Shown: positions 39,794 through 50,341, numbered from the stretch's first letter. The stretch is DNA of 59,019 nt from Acholeplasmataceae bacterium UBA5617 (GCA_002424575.1 DIKN01000009.1:1-59019), one strand, 5' to 3'. Numbers and translations: made by a program. The notes: generated by a model from the letters alone, not told the origin.

Positions 39794-41800
39794 CTACAAA
39801 GTCTCCGCTCCAGGTTTAATTTGTGAACGATAAATGTTGGCGTAAACACCATTTTTTGCCAGCAAGTCCTTGTGCTTACCCTCTTCAACCTTAATCCCAT
39901 TTTCTAAAACAACAATTTTATCGGCATTTTTAATGGTCGACAAACGGTGTGCAATCACAATCATCGTTCGACCTTTCTTGACCGTCTCGAGCGCTGTTTG
40001 TAACATGGTTTCTGTTTCTGTATCGATGTTTGCTGTTGCTTCATCCATCACGAGAATCACCGGATCATGAACAACGGCTCGGGCAAATGATATGATTTGC
40101 TTCTCTCCAACCGATAAATTTCCACCACCACGCGTAATCTTGGTATGAATACCCTGTTCAAGTTTATCAAGAAGTTTTCCACCTCCGATATCTCTTAAGA
40201 TGCGTTCAACTTCTTCATCGGAGACTTGCTGACCAAATCGCACGTTATCTGCAATGGTCCCTTTAAACATCGCTGGATCTTGCAAGACAATACCGACATG
40301 TGTGCGATACGTTCGCTTAGAATACGTTCTAATATCAACGCCATCGACATAGATTGTTCCCATATCATAATCTTTCATGTCGTAGAAACGCATCAATAGA
40401 CTCATCAGTGAACTCTTACCCGATCCTGTATGACCCACAAGACCAACCATTTGACCTGGTTTAATTTCAAGATCAATGCCTTTTAAGACCGGATTATCTT
40501 GATGGTATGAAAACCAAATGTTATCAAATTTTACATGTCCTTGAAAACGAGGAATAAGCTCAAATGAGCCATCCTCTTGATCACCATCAATAATCTTAAA
40601 GATGCGATCAGTTCTGACCATGGAATGCTCGAGGTTACCGATTTCACGAAACAGGGTTCCAACAGGTTCAATGAGACGCGATAAGTAATCGTTATAAGCA
40701 TAGATAATTCCCGCAGAAACCACAAAACCTGAAATGGTTAAATACCCATGACCGAAATAGAGCACAATGACTGATGTGACCAAAGCCCCAATTAACCGGA
40801 TCATGTTCCACCCAATCGATAAATGCAAAATATTCTCTTTCACTTTTTCTTGCATAAATTCATCCGATAGGGTATTAAAACGGTCTTCTGTTTGTTTTCT
40901 AAAATTAAAAATCTGAAGAATGTTGATGCCATTGATGATTTCGTTAAGCTGTGCTGTAATCATCGATGCTTGTTCATTCACTTTGACAGCGATTTTATTC
41001 AACCGCTTGGTGAAATATTTTAACCATACATAAACCACAGGAAAAATCAAAAAGGTCATCAGTGCTAACCGTGCATCCAAATAGAACATACCAATATAAG
41101 CGAAGACAACTGCCATGGTGGCATTCACGAGTAAGTTCATGATGGTTGAAAAAAGATTCATCATGCCACCCACATCACTGATGATTCGATTTGCAATCTT
41201 TCCGGCAGGTTCTGTTTCAAAATAAGTCATCGGCATTCTTTGAAGTGATTTCACAGCATCTTTTCGAGCATCACGGACGATATTGACGTTGATCATCGAT
41301 GTCGTGATGCGCTGAATGTAGGTAAAAATCGTCTGTAAGAAAAATCTTGCTGTCAAAAGAATGATTAAAATGACTAAAGGTCTAACAAAAGGTTGATAGA
41401 AGGCAAGAACTTCATCTTTTTCCATGCGTTCAACCTGATAAATCTCTGTCAGTCCTTCTTGGCTGGTAACTGTCAATGTTGTTCCTGAGAATGATTTATT
41501 ACCATTGATGACGTGATCTTCAACAAAATAATACTTTCCTCGATAGATGACAACCGATACAACCGTATCTGAGGTACTTTCTTGAGAAAAATAACGTCCT
41601 TGATAGCTGACTTGATGATCACTTTCATCCACTTCATACCATGGTCTTTCAATACCGACCAGATAATCATCTAAAATGGTTTTAACGATCAGGGGTGCAA
41701 GCAAACCTAAAGCTTGAATAATAAGCATCGCTGATAAGGTAATGACAAGCAATTTTTTATATTTGGCGATGTAACGCCATACTTTTTTCATTGTTTTCAT
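39794..41800 (-). CDS. ABC exporter half-transporter (BmrD/YheH-like, consensus Walker B)
   Basis: TMD with extracellular insertion; GHTGSGKS, LSVGEKQ, LVMDEAT, IAHRLS. Confidence 0.9.
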   Translation of the reverse strand: MKTMKKVWRYIAKYKKLLVITLSAMLIIQALGLLAPLIVKTILDDYLVGIERPWYEVDESDHQVSYQGRYFSQESTSDTVVSVVIYRGKYYFVEDHVINGNKSFSGTTLTVTSQEGLTEIYQVERMEKDEVLAFYQPFVRPLVILIILLTARFFLQTIFTYIQRITTSMINVNIVRDARKDAVKSLQRMPMTYFETEPAGKIANRIISDVGGMMNLFSTIMNLLVNATMAVVFAYIGMFYLDARLALMTFLIFPVVYVWLKYFTKRLNKIAVKVNEQASMITAQLNEIINGINILQIFNFRKQTEDRFNTLSDEFMQEKVKENILHLSIGWNMIRLIGALVTSVIVLYFGHGYLTISGFVVSAGIIYAYNDYLSRLIEPVGTLFREIGNLEHSMVRTDRIFKIIDGDQEDGSFELIPRFQGHVKFDNIWFSYHQDNPVLKGIDLEIKPGQMVGLVGHTGSGKSSLMSLLMRFYDMKDYDMGTIYVDGVDIRTYSKRTYRTHVGIVLQDPAMFKGTIADNVRFGQQVSDEEVERILRDIGGGKLLDKLEQGIHTKITRGGGNLSVGEKQIISFARAVVHDPVILVMDEATANIDTETETMLQTALETVKKGRTMIVIAHRLSTIKNADKIVVLENGIKVEEGKHKDLLAKNGVYANIYRSQIKPGAETL

Positions 41801-41808
41801 GGCGTCAC

Positions 41809-43542
41809 CTACTTCATCGTCATTTGCTGGATGTATTGATACTTGTACCAGCCTTCTTGACGGAGCAATTCTTCATGCGTACCACGTTGTGTGATTTTCC
41901 CACCCTCAAGCACTAAAATCATATCCGCATCACGCACAGCCGAAAAACGGTGTGCCACGATGATATTGGTTTTTCCTTTGCGGAAGTCTTTCAAGTGGTT
42001 GATGATGGTATCCTCTGTTTTTGCATCCACAGCAGAAAGAGAATCATCAAGAATAAGAATTTGAGGATCTTTAATGAGTGCACGTGCAATCGATAGGCGT
42101 TGTTTTTGCCCACCAGAAAGTGTAGCTCCTGCTTCTCCGACCATGGTGTTCATATCGTGCTGTAAATAATGAAGATCCTTTTCGAAATCAGCAATCTTGA
42201 CGGCCTTGTCGAGAGCTTCGATGGTCGCTTTAGGGTTACCAATCATGATGTTTTCTTCGACAGAACGTTTGAAAAGCATGTGCGATTGTGGAACATAACC
42301 CACAAGGTTGCGTATCGCTTCGATTTTATATGTTTCAATTGACGCACCGTCGATAAAAATCTCTCCATCTGTGACCTTGAATTCACGAAGAAGTTGTCGG
42401 ATCAGGGTTGATTTACCTGCACCTGTGGGACCAACAATGCCCAACGTTTCACCATTTTTGATGGTAAAAGAGATGTTTTTAATGACCGGTTGTTTATCAA
42501 AAGGATACTTAAATGTCACGTTTTTAAATTCGATGACTTTAAACGCGACGATCGGTTTCGAATCGGTTTCATCATGGACAACAGGCATTTGTTTCATGAT
42601 TTCATCAAAACGATCAACTGAAATCGTTGCATTATTAATCTGTGTAAAAATACTAGAAATCGATATGATGGGCATAAAAAGCATGCCTACATAAGACACG
42701 AATGTAATCAATCCACCCAATGTCATCTGTTGTTGCATGATGTAATAAATGCCAAAGGCAAACGCTAAAATGTAGGTGATGCCATAGATCACTTCGAAGA
42801 GGGGGTTAAACCAGTTTTCAAACCGCACAATATAACGCCAAGATTCGATATCAGCATTGATCGCTTTATATTGTTTTTCTAAATCATTTTCTTCTTGGAC
42901 ATAGGCACGAATTGCGCGTTGTCCTTCAACCGATTCCAATACTTTTTCTGTCATGTCAGCATAGATTTCGCGATGCTTTTTAATATATTGACGCTTTTGA
43001 TTGCGAATCACATTTAAAATCGTTAATCCGATGGGCATGATGGTCACGGAGATCAGCGTCAATTTCCAACTGATTGTAAAAGCCATGACACTGATGGCGA
43101 ACAAAATCAAACCGACGTTAAAAACAATACCTTCAAGCATCGATGATGCTGCTTGAGTAATCGCATCCAAGTCCGCGGTGACACGGGCGATCAAATCTCC
43201 TTTTTCAAACTTTTCATAGAATTGGGAGTCCATATCAAAGAGATGAGATAAATACTTCTGTCTCATTTTAAACGAGAGTGTTTGTGCAGTTTTTTGGGAG
43301 AGATGGTTATAAATAAAACTTAGAAAATAACGTGTGATTGGAAGAAGTGCTAAAAAGAGGACGAGCCAAAAAAGCGATGTTTGTGTCAGCTCTCCTGAAA
43401 TGATGGTATCAATAGAAAGTCCTAGCACATATGCAGGCAATAATGAGATGGATGCGATGGAAATGAGCAAGAAAAACAAGGCGACATAAGTCTTCCATTT
43501 TTCTTTGACAAACCATCCAATTTTCTCAAAAATATGACCCAT
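41809..43542 (-). CDS. ABC exporter half-transporter (BmrC/YheI-like, degenerate Walker B)
   Basis: GPTGAGKS, LSGGQKQR, ILDDSLS; start corrected to 43542 (AAGGAG). Confidence 0.9.
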   Translation of the reverse strand: MGHIFEKIGWFVKEKWKTYVALFFLLISIASISLLPAYVLGLSIDTIISGELTQTSLFWLVLFLALLPITRYFLSFIYNHLSQKTAQTLSFKMRQKYLSHLFDMDSQFYEKFEKGDLIARVTADLDAITQAASSMLEGIVFNVGLILFAISVMAFTISWKLTLISVTIMPIGLTILNVIRNQKRQYIKKHREIYADMTEKVLESVEGQRAIRAYVQEENDLEKQYKAINADIESWRYIVRFENWFNPLFEVIYGITYILAFAFGIYYIMQQQMTLGGLITFVSYVGMLFMPIISISSIFTQINNATISVDRFDEIMKQMPVVHDETDSKPIVAFKVIEFKNVTFKYPFDKQPVIKNISFTIKNGETLGIVGPTGAGKSTLIRQLLREFKVTDGEIFIDGASIETYKIEAIRNLVGYVPQSHMLFKRSVEENIMIGNPKATIEALDKAVKIADFEKDLHYLQHDMNTMVGEAGATLSGGQKQRLSIARALIKDPQILILDDSLSAVDAKTEDTIINHLKDFRKGKTNIIVAHRFSAVRDADMILVLEGGKITQRGTHEELLRQEGWYKYQYIQQMTMK

Positions 43543-43663
43543 TCCATGTACTCCTTTCGACTCACAATTTTCATTATACACGTTTATTCCGAATAAAAAA
43601 GACCCTCACTTCATGTAAATGATTTCATCGATCAAATTCATTTATTCTTAAGAAATGGAAGGT

Positions 43664-43681
43664 AAAAAAGGCTTTCGCCTT
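43664..43681 (-). terminator. Probable terminator after sua5
   Basis: AAGGC-gaaa-GCCTT plus T-run on the minus strand. Confidence 0.6.
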
Positions 43682-44708
43682 ATACATGAATGATACGATG
43701 ACCAGCAGCTTTTGTCAGACGATTCATGATTGCTTGACCAAGATCTTCTGCAGGTAGCGCTGGAATTAAAATGATTTTGATCTTGAGAGCATCCATTTGT
43801 CTTAACGCAAGAAAGATGTTTTTAGCGACTTCATTTAAATTTGTTAATGAACCCAAATTGACTTTATAATGTGCTGAAATACTTTGCATATATTCATTGG
43901 GTGCAATCACACCAACCTCATCAGGTTGATAAATGCGCACTTGTTGATTGATATACGTCACCACATGTTCAAATGAACCTTCGATGATATTCACTTCACC
44001 CTTGGGTGCATAGTGTGTATATTTCATCCCTGGTGATTTAGGGATATCACGAACCTCTTCATGCGTTGCATCCATAATCCCCATGTGAAGTGTTTCTTCA
44101 ATCATTTTTTTGGTAATCGCACCAGGTCGAAGCAGAACCGGAATCGGTGTCGTGAGATCAAGCACGGTTGATTCTAGTCCAATCGAAACTTGTCCACCAT
44201 CGATCATGATATCCACTTTTCCAGAAAAATCTTCAAGGACATGTTTAAATAATGTCGAGGATGGTTTTCCAGATAGATTGGCTGAAGGCGCACATATGGG
44301 AACCCCTGCTGCTCGAATGACATCGCGCGCGACTTCTGATGATGGGATGCGGATACCAACTGTATCTAAACCACCTGAAACTTCAGGAGGAATGATGGTC
44401 TTCTTTTTGAAAACAAGCGTTAAAGGCCCTGGCCAAAATTGTGTCATCAATGGATAGGCGAGTTCGGGAATAGATAGGACACATTGATCTAAATCTTTTT
44501 GAAAAGCAAGATGAACGATCAGCGGATTATCGGTAGGTCTACCTTTGGCTTCAAATATTTTTTTCACAGCTTCAGGATTGGTTGCATCCGCACCAATACC
44601 ATAGACAGTTTCCGTAGGAAAAACAACAAGACCACCTTTTTTGATGGTTTGTTGAATGCGCTTTTGATTTTCGATGGATTGAATGTCTTCTGCACGAATG
44701 ATAATCAT
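43680..44708 (-). CDS. sua5: L-threonylcarbamoyladenylate synthase Sua5 (TsaC2)
   Basis: FPTETVYG, KGRPTDNPLIVH, APSAN, GLESTV, SPGMKYTHYAP; GAGGT RBS at 44708. Confidence 0.95.
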   Translation of the reverse strand: MIIIRAEDIQSIENQKRIQQTIKKGGLVVFPTETVYGIGADATNPEAVKKIFEAKGRPTDNPLIVHLAFQKDLDQCVLSIPELAYPLMTQFWPGPLTLVFKKKTIIPPEVSGGLDTVGIRIPSSEVARDVIRAAGVPICAPSANLSGKPSSTLFKHVLEDFSGKVDIMIDGGQVSIGLESTVLDLTTPIPVLLRPGAITKKMIEETLHMGIMDATHEEVRDIPKSPGMKYTHYAPKGEVNIIEGSFEHVVTYINQQVRIYQPDEVGVIAPNEYMQSISAHYKVNLGSLTNLNEVAKNIFLALRQMDALKIKIILIPALPAEDLGQAIMNRLTKAAGHRIIHV

Positions 44709-44962
44709 ATGAACCTCATTTTTGGTCTTTAGTAACTGAGATAGCGTCATCGATTGCTTGTAATATTGTCAAGCATCACACGTTATTCAATAGATGTTAA
44801 ATGTTTTATAGATGGATCGCGTGCGATGGATTCTTTTAGAGATTTTAAACTTGATGTCACATAATTGAATGCGTCTTCGTGGATAAGAATCTATCGCTTT
44901 TAAAGAGTATTGCAATACTCTACATCATGGTCTTGCTCTCCGATGTATCCTAACTAGGCTTT

Positions 44963-45376
44963 TTATAAGGTGACCTCAGCAAGGAAGCGTTCGTAGATGT
45001 CTGGATGTGTTTTGTAAACATTGGTTGGTTTGAGATCATGATTTAACCAGATCAATTCAGTTTGTCCTTCATGAACCATTGTATATTGATGATTAAAGAG
45101 CTGATATTGAAAGACCAAACGAACCTTAGATAATTGAATGAGTCGAACTTCAAGCGTATATTTTTGACCGAATACGGTCGGTTTGATATAGCGACAAGAC
45201 ATATTATACATCGCCAATCGAATACCTTTTTCTTCAATCACATGAAAGGGTATGCCGATCGCTTCACAAAATTGAACACGACCCATTTCATACCAGATGG
45301 GGTAAACTGAGTGGTGGATAATCCCCATTTGATCTGTTTCTTGATAGCGGGGTTCAATCGTGAGTTTTGCAATCAT
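44963..45376 (-). CDS. Hotdog-fold acyl-CoA thioesterase (YbgC/4HBT family)
   Basis: RYQETDQMGIIHHSVY..WYEMGR; GGAGG RBS at 45376. Confidence 0.88.
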   Translation of the reverse strand: MIAKLTIEPRYQETDQMGIIHHSVYPIWYEMGRVQFCEAIGIPFHVIEEKGIRLAMYNMSCRYIKPTVFGQKYTLEVRLIQLSKVRLVFQYQLFNHQYTMVHEGQTELIWLNHDLKPTNVYKTHPDIYERFLAEVTL

Positions 45377-45464
45377 GAAAACACCTCCAAAGTTAGTCTT
45401 ATTATAACACATTTTCAAGGTCATTTTATGATATAATAAAGGCAAATGATAAGAGAGGTTAACT

Positions 45465-46580
45465 ATGAATACAACAAAATCAAATTTGGTTGAACGTTTA
45501 CGTAACACAACCTATGCACACAAGAAAATGATCATTGGATTTGATGGCTTTATCGATGAAATCATTCATGCTGTTGATAAGCGCATGGACAGTGAACATT
45601 TTACACGGATTGAAACCATGCTTCAATTTGCAAAACGTATTGAACGTGCTGCTGGATTATCAACCAACATCGAACTCATTCCTGTTCAAGAAAAAATAGG
45701 CGGTAATGGTCCAATCATGTGTAACGCATTATCACAACATGATTCTGACATGGTCTATATTGGAGCATTAGGACAACCCCAAATTCACCCTGTCTTTCTT
45801 GGTATGCCCTCGAATGCTAAACTCTATTCGATTGCTCAAGCTGCACATACGGATGCTGTCGAATTTTTAGATGGCAAATTGATGTTAGGCAAGATGACAT
45901 GCTTAAATGATGTCACATACGCAAACATCATCAAGACGGTTGGACAAGATAACTTTGTCAAGATGCTTGCTGAAACTGATTTGTTTGCAACCGTCAATTG
46001 GTCCATGTTACCCTATATGACAGACTTATGGCAAAAAATCCAAGAAGATCTTCTCCCACTTCTTCCAAAACGTTCCAATCCACCGATTTTCTTTGTCGAT
46101 CTTGCCGATCCTGAAAAAAGAGAGCATCACGAAATTAAACGTGCACTCGATCTCTTAAAATCATTCAATCACCATTTCAAAGTTGTTTTAGGACTTAATA
46201 AAAAAGAAGCTTATGACATCGCTTCTATCTTGGGTTTAGCATCAAGCGATGCATCCCTAGAAGTCGTCAATCGTAAGCTCTATGATTATCTCAAGATTTA
46301 TGCAGTGGTCATCCACCCTGTGGATCAATCCTGCACTGTGATCGATGGAACGTTCTATCACGATATGGGACCCCTAGCTAAAAAGCCTAAACTTACAACA
46401 GGTGCAGGTGATAATTTTAACGCAGGTTTCGTCTTCGGTTTGATGTTGGGATTGAGTCCACACGAATCACTTTTAATGGGTATGGGTACATCAGGCTTTT
46501 ATGTCAGACAAGCGCGTTCACCCAAGTTCTTTGAACTTGTTCAATTCATTGCTGATTGGGATCACAATCAGATTGATTAA
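45465..46580 (+). CDS. PfkB/ribokinase-family carbohydrate kinase, substrate unknown
   Basis: IGFDGFID, GGNGP, LNKKEA, TTGAGDNF. Confidence 0.8.
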   Translation: MNTTKSNLVERLRNTTYAHKKMIIGFDGFIDEIIHAVDKRMDSEHFTRIETMLQFAKRIERAAGLSTNIELIPVQEKIGGNGPIMCNALSQHDSDMVYIGALGQPQIHPVFLGMPSNAKLYSIAQAAHTDAVEFLDGKLMLGKMTCLNDVTYANIIKTVGQDNFVKMLAETDLFATVNWSMLPYMTDLWQKIQEDLLPLLPKRSNPPIFFVDLADPEKREHHEIKRALDLLKSFNHHFKVVLGLNKKEAYDIASILGLASSDASLEVVNRKLYDYLKIYAVVIHPVDQSCTVIDGTFYHDMGPLAKKPKLTTGAGDNFNAGFVFGLMLGLSPHESLLMGMGTSGFYVRQARSPKFFELVQFIADWDHNQID

Positions 46581-47230
46581 AACAAAAAATCTTTGATTGC
46601 GGTTTCACCTTGGGGACTCAACATATGGAGTCCCTTTTCATTTTTGGTAAACCATCCATCATAATTTTTCCTTAAAATGTCGGCTGTTTTATCAATACGT
46701 GTATATTCTTTGAGTAATTTTGTTGATGCTTCGTGAAGTGTGTATAATGCTTTTGCAATTTCAATGACCTGTTCCCTGTAAAAAGTTATCTTCTTTTGAT
46801 TCGTTCCACCCAATGTTTGATGCTGATCGCGAGCATGAAATTCACTGAGCATTAACCGCTTTTTCGATGAAGATCCTCGCTTAGGTGTCAAGATGGATGA
46901 TTCCGGTTCAAGGATGATATCAATTTTATCTGATGTGACCGTCATAAGACCAAGTCCTAAACGGTTAAGTAGTCTGATAAACATGGGATTATTTTTCATA
47001 TGTCTCAAAACAACTGCTTTCGGGGCAGCAAGATAGACACGTTGAGCGACATGTTGTCTTTCCATGGCTTGATAAATGAGTTTCATGGAAATGGTGAGTT
47101 TGAGCTCAACAATGACGATATCATCGCCTTTGACCGCAAACACATCAGCTGCAAGGATTTCACCTTGCACATCATAACCTAAGGAAAGAAAGAATGCACG
47201 AACAGGTTTAAATAGATCTGTCTCTTTCAT
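46577..47230 (-). CDS. DUF2161-like putative PD-(D/E)XK phosphodiesterase
   Basis: KETDL..P, GE..ADV, VELK, YQA..RQ, GWF. Confidence 0.7.
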   Translation of the reverse strand: MKETDLFKPVRAFFLSLGYDVQGEILAADVFAVKGDDIVIVELKLTISMKLIYQAMERQHVAQRVYLAAPKAVVLRHMKNNPMFIRLLNRLGLGLMTVTSDKIDIILEPESSILTPKRGSSSKKRLMLSEFHARDQHQTLGGTNQKKITFYREQVIEIAKALYTLHEASTKLLKEYTRIDKTADILRKNYDGWFTKNEKGLHMLSPQGETAIKDFLF

Positions 47231-47664
47231 GCTGTATACCGAAGGATGAGATTTTCAATGTCATTTTCGCGGTTTCTATTTTTCCAGTTGATTGATGTCA
47301 TGAATCGTACTCTTCCACCCTGTGCTTCGATCATGCTTTTCATCTGGCTAAGCGTTCTATTCCCACCCATCCAAGCAAAGGGGAAAAAGTGAGTCACAAA
47401 TAGATCAATCGTTTTTCCAGTAAAATCAGTTTGCATCAAATAAACTTGCATCACCTTTGCTAAAGAAAAACCATGAACAGGTGACCCAATTATCACATGA
47501 TCAAATGCGTAGAGCTGTGGACGGTCTTTCAAAACAGGATGCGCTAAATTGGGATCATCAACTTCTGGAACAACTTGTAATAAGGGTATGTTTTCTTTTT
47601 GAATAAGACGTTTAGCGACATGGAGTGTGTTGCCTGTTTTTGAATAAATCACGATACTTTTCAT
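47227..47664 (-). CDS. Flavodoxin-like protein
   Basis: IYSKTGNT FMN loop, IGSPV. Confidence 0.75.
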   Translation of the reverse strand: MKSIVIYSKTGNTLHVAKRLIQKENIPLLQVVPEVDDPNLAHPVLKDRPQLYAFDHVIIGSPVHGFSLAKVMQVYLMQTDFTGKTIDLFVTHFFPFAWMGGNRTLSQMKSMIEAQGGRVRFMTSINWKNRNRENDIENLILRYTA

Positions 47665-47925
47665 GTGTATTCTCCTTTAAAAATCTTTTTTCATACATCG
47701 TTATTCTACTTCAATCATGGAGGTTAAAGGGGGTGTTAATTCCAACAGGATAAACATCATTCACACTTCTAACCATATGGCTATGTTCAATCACGAGTAT
47801 ACTCTGATATATCAACAATCCCGATTTAATTAATCCTCAATTGATGGCTTTATCAAGCGATATTTCATGCATGATATTTAAAGACAGTGCCATTAACATT
47901 CAAGAAGAATCTTCTTTCATGAAAG

Positions 47926-47958
47926 AAAGACCTTCCTAGGTATCCCCAAAAGGTCTTT
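47926..47958 (-). terminator. Probable terminator after nfnB
   Basis: AAAGACCTT...AAGGTCTTT inverted repeat just past the stop codon. Confidence 0.55.
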
Positions 47959-47968
47959 TAATGAGGAT

Positions 47969-49351
47969 CTATGTTAAACCTTGAATGCGTTCAATCACCA
48001 CTTTGGCTGCTTTTCGACCAGCCTCCATCGCAAGAATCACTGTCGCAGATCCTGTAACAACATCGCCACCTGCAAATATCATGGGAATAGTTGTCTCATT
48101 CGTTTCCTGGTTCACCACAAGACAACCATGGGATGTTGCTTGAAGTGTTTGGTGATCTTGAATGATCATGGGATTTGGTGTTGTTCCAATCGCCATAATG
48201 ACTTCATCCACATTGAAGACCATGATTTTCTTTGGATTTTCAATCGGACGTCTTCTTCCTGAAGCATCCGGTTCACCGAGAATCATTTCACAGCATGAAA
48301 TAGCCTTGACAGTCCCATTCTCATCGCCAATAATCTCTTTCACTTGTGTGAGAAGTTTAAAAATGATGCCTTCTTCAAGGGCGTGCTCAACTTCTTCATG
48401 TCGCGCAGGAATTTCTTGCATCCCTCTACGATAAACTAAATAAACGATGTCAGCCCCAAGGCGTCTGGCAGCACGAGCTGCATCAAGTGCAACGTTTCCA
48501 CCACCAATCACAGCAACTCTCTTTCCTCTTTTGATGGGTGTTTCACTGGTTGAATCATATGCTTTCATTAAATTAATGCGCGTCAAAAATTCATTGGCGG
48601 AATAAACACCGTTGAGCATCTCTCCTGGTATATTCATAAATTTGGGTAATCCAGCTCCAGTTCCGATAAAGATTGCATGATATCCCATGGTATGCAAGTC
48701 CTCTAACATCAATGTCTTACCGATGATGACATCTGTCAAAAGATGAACTCCTTGTTCAATTAACGTATCGACTTCGCGTTTGACAACATCCTTAGGTAAT
48801 CGAAACGCTGGGATTCCATAAGATAAAACTCCTCCAGGCGTATGCAGTGCTTCATAAAGATCGACTTGAAAACCTGCTTTGATGACATCATGTGCAAACG
48901 ATAAACCTGCTGGACCTGAACCAATCACAGCAACTTTAATCGATTTTTGTTTGATCGATTCAACGTTGTGATGCTTCATATAATATTGATCAGCAACATA
49001 ACGCTCTAAATGCCCGATCGCTACAGGTTCACCCTTGATAGCACGAACGCATACAGCTTCACATTGCGTTTCTTGAGGGCACACACGTCCACAAACTGCA
49101 GGAAGGCATGACGATGCTTCAATGATGCGATAAGCTTCATCAATACGATCTTGTTCGACCATTTTTATAAACCCGGGAATATCAATACCAACGGGACAAC
49201 CGTTGACACAGGGTTGATGTTTACAATCTAAACAGCGTGAAGCTTCTTGCATTGCTTCCTCTTTGGAATATCCTAAATTAACCTCTTCAAACGTTTGAGT
49301 CCGAATGTGCATCGGTTGCATGCGCATCACAGTGCGTTCATGATTTTTCAT
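47969..49351 (-). CDS. nfnB: NfnB/GltD-like large subunit of electron-bifurcating transhydrogenase
   Basis: RCLDC..PC..GCP, CGRVCPQETQC, GSGPAG, GGGNVALD, AGGD; paired with nfnA and no GltB in the window. Confidence 0.85.
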   Translation of the reverse strand: MKNHERTVMRMQPMHIRTQTFEEVNLGYSKEEAMQEASRCLDCKHQPCVNGCPVGIDIPGFIKMVEQDRIDEAYRIIEASSCLPAVCGRVCPQETQCEAVCVRAIKGEPVAIGHLERYVADQYYMKHHNVESIKQKSIKVAVIGSGPAGLSFAHDVIKAGFQVDLYEALHTPGGVLSYGIPAFRLPKDVVKREVDTLIEQGVHLLTDVIIGKTLMLEDLHTMGYHAIFIGTGAGLPKFMNIPGEMLNGVYSANEFLTRINLMKAYDSTSETPIKRGKRVAVIGGGNVALDAARAARRLGADIVYLVYRRGMQEIPARHEEVEHALEEGIIFKLLTQVKEIIGDENGTVKAISCCEMILGEPDASGRRRPIENPKKIMVFNVDEVIMAIGTTPNPMIIQDHQTLQATSHGCLVVNQETNETTIPMIFAGGDVVTGSATVILAMEAGRKAAKVVIERIQGLT

Positions 49352-50180
49352 CGGTTTCCCCCCCTGTGATAGCTTGCATATGCATTTTTTCTTGTTCTTG
49401 ATACATAGCATTTCGTTTCATCGCTAAGTCAAAATCAACCTTGTGTCCATCGAACTCTGGACCATCGACACAAGCAAACTTCATTTCATCTCCGACTTTG
49501 ATACGACATCCTCCACACATCCCAGTACCATCAACCATAATAGGATTCATGGAGACAATGGTTTTGATGCCATAAGGTCTTGTCACTTCACTGACAGATT
49601 TCATCATCGGTATCGGTCCAATCGCAATCACTTGATCGTAACGGGTATCTTCTTTGAGAATGGTTTGGAGTCTATCGGTGACTAATCCCTTTTCACCATA
49701 TGACCCATCATTGGTAAGCAACGAAAAACGATTGGAGAGTTCAAGAAATTGATCTTCTAAAAAGACCAATGACGCATCCCGAAAACCGATAATCGTATCG
49801 ATTTCTGTTCCATGATGGCGAAGCGTTTCTGCAATTGGAAACAGGATGGCACATCCCACACCTCCACCGATTAAAATAACACGTTTTAAGTGATTTAATT
49901 CAGATGGTTTTCCTAGCGGACCAGCGACATCTGAAATATATTGCCCTTCTTCACATTGATTAAGTTGATATGTGGATGAACCAACAATCTGAAAAATGAT
50001 GGTGATGCTCCCATCAATTGGATCGCTTGAAGCGATTGTGAGTGGAATGCGTTCTCCATCTTGATTGACTCTGATCATGACAAACTGACCAGGTTTTGCA
50101 TGTTTTGTCACAAGAGGTGCATCGATGACCATGCGTGTGACGTGTGGTGTTAATTGTCTCTTCTCTTTAATTAGATACAC
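49338..50180 (-). CDS. nfnA: NfnA (PyrK/SudB-like) FAD/[2Fe-2S] small subunit
   Basis: PGQF, ERIPLTI, GPLG, GGGVG, MVDGTGMCGGCR..ACVDGPEF; GTG start. Confidence 0.88.
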   Translation of the reverse strand: MYLIKEKRQLTPHVTRMVIDAPLVTKHAKPGQFVMIRVNQDGERIPLTIASSDPIDGSITIIFQIVGSSTYQLNQCEEGQYISDVAGPLGKPSELNHLKRVILIGGGVGCAILFPIAETLRHHGTEIDTIIGFRDASLVFLEDQFLELSNRFSLLTNDGSYGEKGLVTDRLQTILKEDTRYDQVIAIGPIPMMKSVSEVTRPYGIKTIVSMNPIMVDGTGMCGGCRIKVGDEMKFACVDGPEFDGHKVDFDLAMKRNAMYQEQEKMHMQAITGGETDEKS

Positions 50181-50261
50181 AGATATCCCCTCTCGACCTA
50201 CTACTTTTATTATAACCGATGCATCATATCTATAGATATGTATTTTTTTCTTTTTATCCTC

Positions 50262-50290
50262 TTGACAAACAAAATCGAGTTGAATATAAT
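50262..50290 (+). promoter_or_regulatory. Consensus sigma-A promoter of groESL
   Basis: TTGACA-17 nt-TATAAT. Confidence 0.9.
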
Positions 50291-50300
50291 AGAAATCGAA

Positions 50301-50327
50301 TTGGCACTATCATATATTGAGTGCCAG
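50301..50327 (+). promoter_or_regulatory. CIRCE element (HrcA operator)
   Basis: TTGGCACTA-N9-GAGTGCCAG versus consensus TTAGCACTC-N9-GAGTGCTAA, between promoter and RBS. Confidence 0.88.
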
Positions 50328-50341
50328 ATAGGAGGAAAAAT

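Noticed and set aside
44878-44886. DnaA-box-like TTATCCACG on the minus strand
   Set aside because: Single imperfect copy with no cluster or origin-linked genes.
46577-47230. PD-(D/E)XK-like gene as an anti-phage defence system
   Set aside because: Solitary, coupled to a flavodoxin gene, with no methylase, ATPase or other defence genes around it.
47717-47833. 38-codon plus-strand ORF (MEVKGG...)
   Set aside because: No RBS upstream of the ATG and no recognisable motif.
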